Assembly: GCA_964408845.1 (NCBI GenBank)
Contig: CAYPBC010000002.1
Coordinates: 1-32,457, forward strand
DNA: 32,457 bases
Direction: 5' to 3'
Origin: an uncultured Thermoanaerobaculia bacterium
GTDB lineage: Bacteria > Acidobacteriota > Thermoanaerobaculia > Thermoanaerobaculales > Sulfomarinibacteraceae
In this document: piece after piece, positions 25,312 through 32,457 of the stretch
Layout: every line of letters starts with the position of its first letter
How positions within the stretch are numbered: position 1 is the first letter of the stretch
Notes under the pieces: generated by a model
Database searches by the model: none
What the model saw: only the letters and a program-made list of their open reading frames with translations
Told to the model about the DNA's origin: nothing
Translations under genes and position numbers: made by a program

Positions 25312-26334
25312 ATGCTATTTGAGGATTTGGTGCGGGCGATCAGGGAAAGCCCTTTCTTCCACGGCATGGCCCAGGATGAACAGATATCGCTGGCGCGGTT
25401 GGGCAGGGTAGACGTATATCCGCCGGGTGGGGTTTTATTTCGCCCTGGCGAGATGCCGTCAGCCCTCTACCTGGTACTCGAGGGGGAGGTTGAAATCTGC
25501 CGTGAGGAGAGCCCGGAGGTGGGACTGCAGCCGGTGGCCTACCTTAGTGTCGGTTCGACCGTGTCCGAGAGCAAGGTGCTCACTGGTGCGGCCCTGAACT
25601 CCCTCGGCCATTTTCCGGAGGGCGGCACCACGCTTCAGTGGCCACGGCCGGTGCTTCTCCGCCACCTCTACTCGTCGCCAGACCTGGCTCTCCACTACAT
25701 GCAACAATTGGCCCGCCGTCTCGAGGGCACCATCGCGCACCTCGGTGCGCACAGTGGCAGCAACCTCCGCGGTAGGCTCGATCAATTTGATCTTCCCGCG
25801 ATTCTGCAGACAGTAGTTGATTCCGGTGCCACCGGCGTGCTCGAAATATCGGACTCCGAGGGTCAGACCTTTGGAGCCATCCACACGAGCAGCCAGATGA
25901 TTGGGCGCATCATGTGCGGAGGTCTCGAAGGTCCTGAAGCATTCCTGGAAATCTTGAATTCTCCACCGGAAAACGGGACTTTCAGATTCTCGAATCTCTC
26001 AGTCGCCCCGGCGACCGACACCTACCGCCAGGTTCAACCGCTCCTCCTCGAGGCGGCGAGAATTCAAGATGAGTTCGGGCATTTTGCGGCAACGGTGCCC
26101 GAGACCGCACTCCTGCAGCCCGCTACTCGCCGATTGACATGGAGGAGCGACAGTAACGCGAATCTCGCGGAAGAGATCTGGCATCAGCTTTCCGCTCAGC
26201 CCGGCGGCTGGGGCGTGCTGGCCGAGATGCTGCCGTTCAGCAGGGGTCAGATCGCTCTGACGGTGCGTGACATGCTGGTGGCGGGCGTACTCAATGTCAA
26301 CCGCGATCACGAGATAACGGGCGGCGAACGCTAA
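25312..26334 (+). CDS. cNMP-binding-domain + DUF4388-like domain protein
   Basis: N-terminal CAP_ED-like beta-barrel (SPFFHGMAQDEQISLARLGRVDVYPPGGVLFRPGEMPSALYLVLEGEVEI). Central DUF4388-like block (LRGRLDQFDLPAILQTVVDSGATGVLEISDSEGQTFGAIH…GLEGPEAFLEIL…GTFRF). Confidence 0.7.
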   Translation: MLFEDLVRAIRESPFFHGMAQDEQISLARLGRVDVYPPGGVLFRPGEMPSALYLVLEGEVEICREESPEVGLQPVAYLSVGSTVSESKVLTGAALNSLGHFPEGGTTLQWPRPVLLRHLYSSPDLALHYMQQLARRLEGTIAHLGAHSGSNLRGRLDQFDLPAILQTVVDSGATGVLEISDSEGQTFGAIHTSSQMIGRIMCGGLEGPEAFLEILNSPPENGTFRFSNLSVAPATDTYRQVQPLLLEAARIQDEFGHFAATVPETALLQPATRRLTWRSDSNANLAEEIWHQLSAQPGGWGVLAEMLPFSRGQIALTVRDMLVAGVLNVNRDHEITGGER

Positions 26335-26375
26335 CCTGCATTTTGACGTCTGACCGGTTTCCCTATACTGGGTCG

Positions 26376-29051
26376 ATGCTGAAAAGGCGCCTGATCCTGA
26401 ACATTATTGCGGTGATTGTCGTCGTGGTGGCAGGAACGTCCCTAATCCGCACCGTGCGGAGCTTCTATCGTCTCGACTTTCCAGTGGCGTGGATTGAGCA
26501 GGGGCTGGTCGTCAGCGACGCTCCCCCCGGATCGAGCGCCGCGGATGCGGGTTTGACCAAGGGCGACCTCGTCGTCAGCGTGGACGGTGTTTCCATTGAG
26601 CGCCTCGAGGACCCGGCGTTCGTTCTTGCGGGTGGTGAGGAGCACAATCTGACCGTCAGCCATCCGGACGGTGGATTCACAGAGCTCGAATACCGGTCAC
26701 CGCCCCCAGCCGTCAACCCGGTCTACCTGGCTCGGACTCTGGTGGGTTTCCTCGGGCTGGGGTGTGCGTTGTATGCCGTGTGGAGCACGAGACGTCGTGA
26801 AGCGGCCACCTTTCTTCTCCTTGCGGCCGCGGCATTGATTCTCGGCGCGGTGCCGAACCGAATCGCGTCGGCCGACCTGATTCTCCAGGTCGTGAGACGC
26901 AGCGCCGGGGCGGCGTTGCCCTTCCTGATCGTCCGGTTCTTCTCCATTTTTCCCGAGCGCGACCGGTCGATGCGGGTATGGGATCTCTTGACGGTGTTCG
27001 CGGTGGTAGGTTCCGGCGCGACGGCCCTGTTCATCGGTGCCGAGGCTTGGTGGCCAGCGTTGGCATCATTGCTGCGCATCTTGTTCGTGTCCTCCATGAT
27101 TTACGGCATCATTGTCCAGGTGTGGCGTTGGCGTTCGGTGTCGAGGGAGGTCCGGATCAGACGCCAGATCGAGTGGGCGACACTGGGCCTATTCGTCGGC
27201 TTGGTGCCGTTTCTTGTCCTGGTCATGGTCCCGCGCTGGCTCGGCATTTCGTTTGAGCCGTTCACCTGGCTGGCGGTCTTGCCGATCAGTGCGATTCCAC
27301 TGACCGTCCTGGCCGCGCTCCGCGAATACAGGTTGTGGGATCTCGAGCCGATCAGCCGCGACTCGCTGTCGGCCACTCTGGTTGTTGTCACCGGAGGGTT
27401 CATTTTCACGCTGACCAACCACCTCCTGCTCAGGTACGCCGGCGGACTGGGTTCCCTGCGCAACCTATTCGCCTTTGCCACCGGTGTGCTCTTGGTTGTT
27501 CTTCTCCAACCGGTTCGGCTGCGGGTCGAGAAATTTCTCGATCAGTGGCTCCATCAAGGACGGCCCGCCCCGCGCTCACTGCTCACCAGTGCGAGCCGTG
27601 AGCTGGCCAGGGTCACTGACCCGCGAGAGCTTCTCGTGCGTCTTTCCTCAACCTTGACCGAGAGTCTCGATTTCGACCTCGTCGCGACCTATCTGCGGGT
27701 CGGAGGGGAGCGTTTCGAGCGCATTACGGGAGACGGAGATCTGTTGCCGGATTATCTCCCGGCCAGAGTCTCCGAGACCGAGTTTCCGGGGGAGAGCGAG
27801 GATTCCATGGCGTCCGCGGGCTTTGCGGTGAGGGTGCCGCTGGAACGGGTCGGTACGGTCCTCGGCCTCCTCTATCTCGGGTTGCGGCGGGGGATTTTCC
27901 CGCTTGGCAGTGAGGGTGAAGAGGTTGTGTCCTCATTTGCCGCTCAGGCGGCGCTAGCCTTGGAGAGCGCCCGGTATCTCGATGACCTCAGGCGTCAGGC
28001 GGAGGAGTATCGGATTCTCCATGCCAACACTCAGCGAATTATCGAGTCGTCGGCCGCCGCGATCCTGGTCTGTGATGCGGCTGCCCACATCCTGTCTGCC
28101 AACCGACGTGCCGCGGACATCTTTGGGCTCGACTCCCAGGATCTGGTGGGGCGTGGGCTCGGCTCGGTTGTCGAAGTGCCCGAAGCTTGGCAGATTGAGC
28201 TCCCCTTGCACGCCGTCAACACCGAGGCGCGAACGTTGTCGGATCATCCGAGGCGGGTGATCCTGGCAGTGTCCGTGCTCGAGCTCGACAGTGGTAGCTT
28301 TAACGGCAGAGTCGTGGTCCTTCAGGATGTCACCGAACTCCGCGAGCTACAGGATCGGATGCGCGAACACGAGCGACTGGCCGGTCTTGGTCGGCTCGCG
28401 TCGGGTCTGGCCCATGAGATCAACACGCCGCTCACCGGCATTTCGTCCTTCGCCCAGATGTTGGGCGAGATGACGTCTGAGGATGACCCACGCTCAGCCA
28501 TTGTCGGCAAGCTCGTGGATCAGAGCTTCCGCCTGTCGCGCATCGTTTCCAATCTACGTGCGATCGTTCGTGGTTCGAGTGACAGCCGCATGGTCGTGGA
28601 GATCGGTGAGGTGGTGGTTCAGGCGGCTCAGGACGCCGCACGTTCTCTGGGGGCGGAGGGGGCGCTGGAGATCGTGAGCCTCGAGGAGCCGGTGATGGCG
28701 TGGGCGTCGGTCGGGCCCCTCGAGCTGTCGGTGGGAAACCTCGTGCGCAACGCCATCGAGGCATCGGCGCCCGGCGGGACCGTCCGGCTCACGCTGGTTG
28801 CCGACGATCGGTGGGCCGAGATCGCCATCGAGGATTCAGGCCCCGGCCTCCCGGACGATGTTCGTCAAAAGGTCTTTGAACCCTTCTTCACAACCAAATC
28901 CGAGCGTGGTGGAACCGGCCTCGGCCTTTCCATCACGCGTGATATGATCGGCCAACTTGGCGGCGAAGTCGGGCTCGTGAACCTCGATCGTGGGGGAGCC
29001 CGAGCGACGATCAGGTTACAAAGATGGCAGGAGCAGGAACCGTCCTCGTGA
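26376..29051 (+). CDS. Sensor histidine kinase: TM-PDZ-polytopic membrane region-GAF/PAS-HisKA-HATPase
   Basis: PDZ-like GSSAADAGLTKGDLVVSVDGVSI follows the first TM. Multiple hydrophobic segments span about 26720-27500. PAS-like region (IIESSAAAILVCDAAAHILSANRRAADIFG). H-box LASGLAHEINTPLTGI (His codon 28413-28415). N, G1 and G2 boxes (NLVRNAIEA, IEDSGPGL, GGTGLGLS). Start placed at ATG 26376; the ORF opens at TTG 26343. Confidence 0.85.
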   Translation: MLKRRLILNIIAVIVVVVAGTSLIRTVRSFYRLDFPVAWIEQGLVVSDAPPGSSAADAGLTKGDLVVSVDGVSIERLEDPAFVLAGGEEHNLTVSHPDGGFTELEYRSPPPAVNPVYLARTLVGFLGLGCALYAVWSTRRREAATFLLLAAAALILGAVPNRIASADLILQVVRRSAGAALPFLIVRFFSIFPERDRSMRVWDLLTVFAVVGSGATALFIGAEAWWPALASLLRILFVSSMIYGIIVQVWRWRSVSREVRIRRQIEWATLGLFVGLVPFLVLVMVPRWLGISFEPFTWLAVLPISAIPLTVLAALREYRLWDLEPISRDSLSATLVVVTGGFIFTLTNHLLLRYAGGLGSLRNLFAFATGVLLVVLLQPVRLRVEKFLDQWLHQGRPAPRSLLTSASRELARVTDPRELLVRLSSTLTESLDFDLVATYLRVGGERFERITGDGDLLPDYLPARVSETEFPGESEDSMASAGFAVRVPLERVGTVLGLLYLGLRRGIFPLGSEGEEVVSSFAAQAALALESARYLDDLRRQAEEYRILHANTQRIIESSAAAILVCDAAAHILSANRRAADIFGLDSQDLVGRGLGSVVEVPEAWQIELPLHAVNTEARTLSDHPRRVILAVSVLELDSGSFNGRVVVLQDVTELRELQDRMREHERLAGLGRLASGLAHEINTPLTGISSFAQMLGEMTSEDDPRSAIVGKLVDQSFRLSRIVSNLRAIVRGSSDSRMVVEIGEVVVQAAQDAARSLGAEGALEIVSLEEPVMAWASVGPLELSVGNLVRNAIEASAPGGTVRLTLVADDRWAEIAIEDSGPGLPDDVRQKVFEPFFTTKSERGGTGLGLSITRDMIGQLGGEVGLVNLDRGGARATIRLQRWQEQEPSS

Positions 29052-30406
29052 TCGATGACGAGCCCGTCCTTCAGGACGTGCTGGGGTCACTCCTGACATC
29101 GGACGGGTTCGACTATCAGCAGGCAACCTCGGCCGCCGACGGCATGCGTGTCCTCCGCGAGGAGGAGATCGATGTCGTGCTGCTCGACCTCATGTTGCCG
29201 GATCGTTCGGGCCTCGAGCTGCTGCCTGAAATCAAGGCGTTCGATCCCCACCTGCCGGTGGTCGTGATCACGGCGTACTCGTCGGTGGAATCGGCGATCG
29301 ACGCCATGCATGCGGGTGCATTTCACTACGTACCCAAGCCGTTCAAGAACGAGGAGGTCCTCCACCTCGTCCATCGCGCCGCCGAGCGGCGGGCGCTTCT
29401 GGTAGAAAACCTCCAGCTTCGGAGCCGTCTCGAAGGCATGGGCGAGATCGTGGGCACCAGCCGTCGACTCGAGGAGGTATTCGAGCTCATGCGCCGCGCC
29501 GCACCGGCCCGCTCCACCATCATGATTGTGGGCGAGTCCGGGACCGGCAAGGAGTTGGTGGCCCGCGCCATTCACCGGCTGAGCTCACGCGGCGATGGCC
29601 CCTTTGTTCCGGTCCACACCAGCGCCATCCCAGCGGACCTCCTCGAGTCGACCCTATTTGGGCACGTCAAAGGGGCGTTCACCGGAGCGGTGAACAACCG
29701 CAAGGGTCTCTTTGAGGCAGCTCACAACGGTACGCTCTTCCTAGACGAGGTCGGGACGATCTCACCGGAGACCCAGACCAAGCTCCTGCGTGTGATCCAG
29801 GAGCGGGAGATCCGCCGAGTGGGGAGCGTCGAGACAAAGACCGTGGACACCCGCCTCCTCGCGGCGACCAACACCGATCTTTGGAATCAGGTCCAGACGG
29901 GCAACTTTCGGGAGGACCTCTATTATAGGCTCAACGTCATCAACATAGAGCTGCCGCCTCTACGCGAGCGCCACGACGACATTCCTCTTCTCGCGACGCA
30001 CTTTCTGAAGATTTACAACGAAGAGAATCAACGTGAGGTCGATGGTTTCTCCCCGGCGGCTATGGATGCGCTCACCGAGTATCACTGGCCGGGAAACGTC
30101 CGCGAGCTCGAGAACGCCGTCGAGCGCTCGGTGGTGCTCTGCCGAGGAGATACCGTGGAGCTCGACGAGCTTCCGCAGGTGCTGCGCGGCGAGGGGTCGA
30201 GCGGAGAGCCGGTATCCGATTTCCCGCCCGAGGGTCTTGATTTCCGGGAAACGGTGGCCCACTACCAGGAGCATCTGATCCGCGAGGCCCTGCGCTGCTC
30301 GGGTGGGGTTCAGCGCCGTGCAGCCCGCATGCTCAAGCTCAGCCCGACAACCCTCAACGAAATGATCCACCGCCTCGAGATTCAAACAAACACCGACGAG
30401 AAGTAG
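29024..30406 (+). CDS. Sigma54-dependent response regulator (NtrC family bEBP)
   Basis: REC domain (VLVIDDEP…VLLDLMLPD), [14 protein letters not shown] and a C-terminal HTH (RRAARMLKLSPTTLNEMI). Overlaps the kinase 3' end by 28 nt. The in-frame GTG at 29048 would give a GTGA overlap but would truncate REC beta-1. Confidence 0.9.
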   Translation: MAGAGTVLVIDDEPVLQDVLGSLLTSDGFDYQQATSAADGMRVLREEEIDVVLLDLMLPDRSGLELLPEIKAFDPHLPVVVITAYSSVESAIDAMHAGAFHYVPKPFKNEEVLHLVHRAAERRALLVENLQLRSRLEGMGEIVGTSRRLEEVFELMRRAAPARSTIMIVGESGTGKELVARAIHRLSSRGDGPFVPVHTSAIPADLLESTLFGHVKGAFTGAVNNRKGLFEAAHNGTLFLDEVGTISPETQTKLLRVIQEREIRRVGSVETKTVDTRLLAATNTDLWNQVQTGNFREDLYYRLNVINIELPPLRERHDDIPLLATHFLKIYNEENQREVDGFSPAAMDALTEYHWPGNVRELENAVERSVVLCRGDTVELDELPQVLRGEGSSGEPVSDFPPEGLDFRETVAHYQEHLIREALRCSGGVQRRAARMLKLSPTTLNEMIHRLEIQTNTDEK

Positions 30407-30417
30407 CACGGATGCGA

Positions 30418-30533
30418 CAGGGTACAGGGCACAGGGCACAGGGTGCAGGGCGCAAGGCACAGGGCACAGGGCGCACTTGACACCCTGCCCAGAGCGATTG
30501 GCGTTTTTGCTGAACCCTGAACCCTGAACCCTG
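30418..30533. repeat. Heptamer arrays (CAGGGYR)x8 … (TGAACCC)x3 between convergent genes
   Basis: Eight units at 30418-30473, a 37-nt spacer (CACTTGACACCCTGCCCAGAGCGATTGGCGTTTTTGC), then three units at 30511-30531, ending 3 nt before the mnmA stop. Same family as 5545-5614. Confidence 0.95.
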
Positions 30534-30536
30534 CAT

Positions 30537-31595
30537 CTACTCGATCAACCCTCCACCCAGACACTCTTCACCGTCATATAACGCCGCAAACTGGCCGGGT
30601 GCGATCCCGGGATCCGCGGTGGCATCGAACTGAACCACCATTGATCCGTCGGCGCCATCCGAGATCGTGCAGGTCTCGATTCTTTCGCCGTGGCGGATTC
30701 GCACCTGGAGATCGGATCGGGTGGGCGGTTCAGCGACCCAGTGAGGGTTGGGGATGACGAAGCTCGACCGGGTGTGATTGGCGAGCGAGTCGGCGTGGAC
30801 CACAAAGACCACGTTCTGTTCGATGTCCTTTCCAACCACGTACCATGGGCCGCCGCTCAAACCGAGGCCGCGGCGCTGGCCGATAGTGTGAAACCAGGTG
30901 CCCCGGTGATGGCCGAGGACCCGACCGCTGTCTGCTTCACAGATCGTTCCGGGACGTTCTCCCAGGTGGTGGCACACGAAATCGTTGAAGGGGATTCGCC
31001 CGAGGAAGCAGATCCCCTGACTGTCGGGACGGTCGGCATTGACCAAAGACAAACGGCGGGCCTCTGCCCGCACCCCGGGCTTGGTGAGGTGGCCTATCGG
31101 AAAGAGGCAGCGCGCCAGCTGTTCCTGCCGGAGCTGGCACAGGAAGTAGGTCTGATCCTTCTTCGGGTCCGCCCCCCGCATGAGGCGTACGAGGCCCTCG
31201 CGGAACGTCACCCGGGCATGGTGCCCAGACGCGATGAGATCGAAGCGGTCGCCGACCCGATCGACAAATGCGCCGAACTTGATCATCCGATTGCACATCA
31301 CATCAGGGCTCGGGGTGTGTCCGACCGCGAGCTCATCCAGGGCGTAGGCGATCACCGTGTTGAAGTACTCCTGCTGCAGCGACACCACTTCGAGCGGCAC
31401 GCTGGCGGCGCCGCATACCTCACGCACGATTTTGAGGTCCTCCTCCCAGGGACATGATCCGAGGAAAGCCATCTCGTCCTCGAGCCAGATCTTGAGGTAG
31501 AACGCTGTTAGCTCGTGCCCACCCTCCTCGGCAAGCTGCATTAACGCCACCGACGAATCCACACCACCTGACACGAGGACAGCAACACGGTTCAT
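30537..31595 (-). CDS. mnmA: tRNA 2-thiouridine(34) synthase
   Basis: PP-loop VAVLVSGGVDSSVA and conserved MnmA core motifs (…CNR.IKF…, …GICF…). 352 aa. Confidence 0.92.
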   Translation of the reverse strand: MNRVAVLVSGGVDSSVALMQLAEEGGHELTAFYLKIWLEDEMAFLGSCPWEEDLKIVREVCGAASVPLEVVSLQQEYFNTVIAYALDELAVGHTPSPDVMCNRMIKFGAFVDRVGDRFDLIASGHHARVTFREGLVRLMRGADPKKDQTYFLCQLRQEQLARCLFPIGHLTKPGVRAEARRLSLVNADRPDSQGICFLGRIPFNDFVCHHLGERPGTICEADSGRVLGHHRGTWFHTIGQRRGLGLSGGPWYVVGKDIEQNVVFVVHADSLANHTRSSFVIPNPHWVAEPPTRSDLQVRIRHGERIETCTISDGADGSMVVQFDATADPGIAPGQFAALYDGEECLGGGLIE

Positions 31596-31613
31596 TGAGG
31601 CAGGATACTGGTT

Positions 31614-31711
31614 GAATTAGGAATTAGGAATTAGGAATTAGGAATGCCACCCGCCCTCCCAGAGAACGGGGGTGGGTGGAAGGGGATCAAAAATTGAGAA
31701 TTGAGAATTGG
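31614..31711. repeat. (GAATTAG)x4 - GC-rich hairpin - (AATTGAG)x2 composite
   Basis: Heptamers at 31614-31641. Stem CCACCCGCCC (31647-31656) pairs with GGGTGGGTGG (31670-79), including one G-T pair. AATTGAG units at 31692-31705. The composite fills the gap between the zinc-ribbon gene and mnmA. Confidence 0.9.
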
Positions 31712-31721
31712 CGCGAAGCGC

Positions 31722-32120
31722 CTAGCGCATGTACTTCTCGTGCACCATGTGCTCGAGGTACTGATCGGTGTGGATGCCGTAGTCCTTGAGCATGCCTTCG
31801 GCCGAGACGACAAAGGTCGCCTCCTCGCGGGCGATGCGCGAAAAGTAAACGCGATGAGTCTCGCCGGCCGCATGGACGTCGAGGGCGCAGAGATCCTCGG
31901 AGAGCTCCGAGACCAGACTGCGGTCGCACACCGGACACGAAAGCTCCCAGCGTGTGCCCCGGGCCATGATCTCGTCCGGCGGCAGGTCGACCTCGTAATT
32001 CCCGGGTTGGGGGTGGAGCCCAACGAGGAATCGTCGACCTTCGCACTCGGCTCGCACGACCACCCGATCCTCGGGATTGAGCGGCGACCGGCAGTGGGGA
32101 CACGAGTAATTCCAGTGCAT
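31722..32120 (-). CDS. Small zinc-ribbon protein of unknown function
   Basis: AGGAG lies about 9 nt before ATG 32120. Two CxxC pairs (CPHC … CPVC). 132 aa, directly upstream of mnmA on the same strand. I recognise no family. Confidence 0.55.
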   Translation of the reverse strand: MHWNYSCPHCRSPLNPEDRVVVRAECEGRRFLVGLHPQPGNYEVDLPPDEIMARGTRWELSCPVCDRSLVSELSEDLCALDVHAAGETHRVYFSRIAREEATFVVSAEGMLKDYGIHTDQYLEHMVHEKYMR

Positions 32121-32184
32121 TTTTCCTACTCCTAAAAGGATGATAACCAATAATGTGATGAGATGGGGAATCGTAGTCTCGATC

Positions 32185-32457
32185 TCAGCGCAGCTCCACA
32201 CCCAGCTCCTGGAGCTCGCGGGTTACGCGCTCGCTCCAGCCACGGTTGGCCGCCGGGCTTGCCGGGCTCGGGTGGAGGATGCGGCCGATTCTGACTCCAG
32301 AGCCGGCAAGCGCCGAGCACGCCCGTTCCTCGGCAAAGACGCCGATGCCGACCACCAGATCAGGGTCCAGGATTTCCACTGTCCGTTGTAACGCGCGATC
32401 GCAGGCCGCGAACAGCGGCGTTCGCTCGCTGACCGGCAGCTTGTCGGGAGTACGATT
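32185..32457 (-). CDS. SMUG1-family uracil-DNA glycosylase, C-terminal part (5' end lies outside the window)
   Basis: The frame is open to the window edge. …LFAACDRALQRTVEILDPDLVVGIGVFAEERA…ILHPSPASPAANRGW… matches the SMUG1 motif HPSPRNPQANKGW and its preceding region. Confidence 0.7.
   Translation of the reverse strand, partial: NRTPDKLPVSERTPLFAACDRALQRTVEILDPDLVVGIGVFAEERACSALAGSGVRIGRILHPSPASPAANRGWSERVTRELQELGVELR

Noticed and set aside
26343-26376. TTGACG-N15-TATACT just upstream of the kinase ATG, implying a leaderless mRNA. A similar TATACT lies 10 nt before the rsgA ATG at 21752.
   Set aside because: The spacer is short (15 nt), the -35 for rsgA is poor, and the kinase may simply be co-transcribed with the upstream CNB gene. 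This cannot be supported without start-site data.

Overview
High-GC (mid-60s % by eye) bacterial chromosomal window. I can support 28 protein-coding genes. I found no rRNA, tRNA, CRISPR array, transposase or integrase. All domain calls rest on motifs read by eye, with no database search. Gene order, left to right: (1) a phosphate locus with a partial outer-membrane beta-barrel porin convergent with a Na/Pi-cotransporter -> PhoU operon; (2) a YegS/DagK-type lipid kinase; (3) an envelope-stress module of ECF sigma, zinc-binding anti-sigma and a Spy/CpxP-like LTXXQ periplasmic protein; (4) a conserved ribosome/housekeeping block rplU-rpmA-[440-bp spacer]-obgE-nadD-rsfS-rlmH-dksA-like-holA; (5) a sigma54-dependent response regulator, convergent with manC-like and HAD hydrolase genes; (6) two translationally coupled ~1,175-aa secreted TPR/transglutaminase-like paralogues, the second apparently lacking the catalytic Cys and His; (7) rsgA; (8) my best candidate for an undescribed system, at 22871-30406. 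It comprises an 809-aa protein with a divergent class III nucleotidyl-cyclase-like domain, an 11-bp divergent gap, a cNMP-binding + DUF4388-like protein with a degenerate phosphate-binding cassette, a PDZ/polytopic/PAS histidine kinase and an overlapping sigma54 activator; (9) mnmA, a small zinc-ribbon protein and a partial SMUG1-family uracil-DNA glycosylase. The most striking non-coding signal is that 13 of 16 sizeable intergenic gaps contain short periodic or repeated sequence. These include heptamer tandem arrays of several families (CAGGGCA/CCCTGAA, CTCAATT/AATTGAG, AATTAGG, AGTAATC/GATCACT), often as inverted pairs and often touching stop codons. There is also a hexamer array, an AACGTT x4 array, a ~185-bp inverted-repeat-bounded element family and a ~100-bp GCCAGGCAC element present twice.
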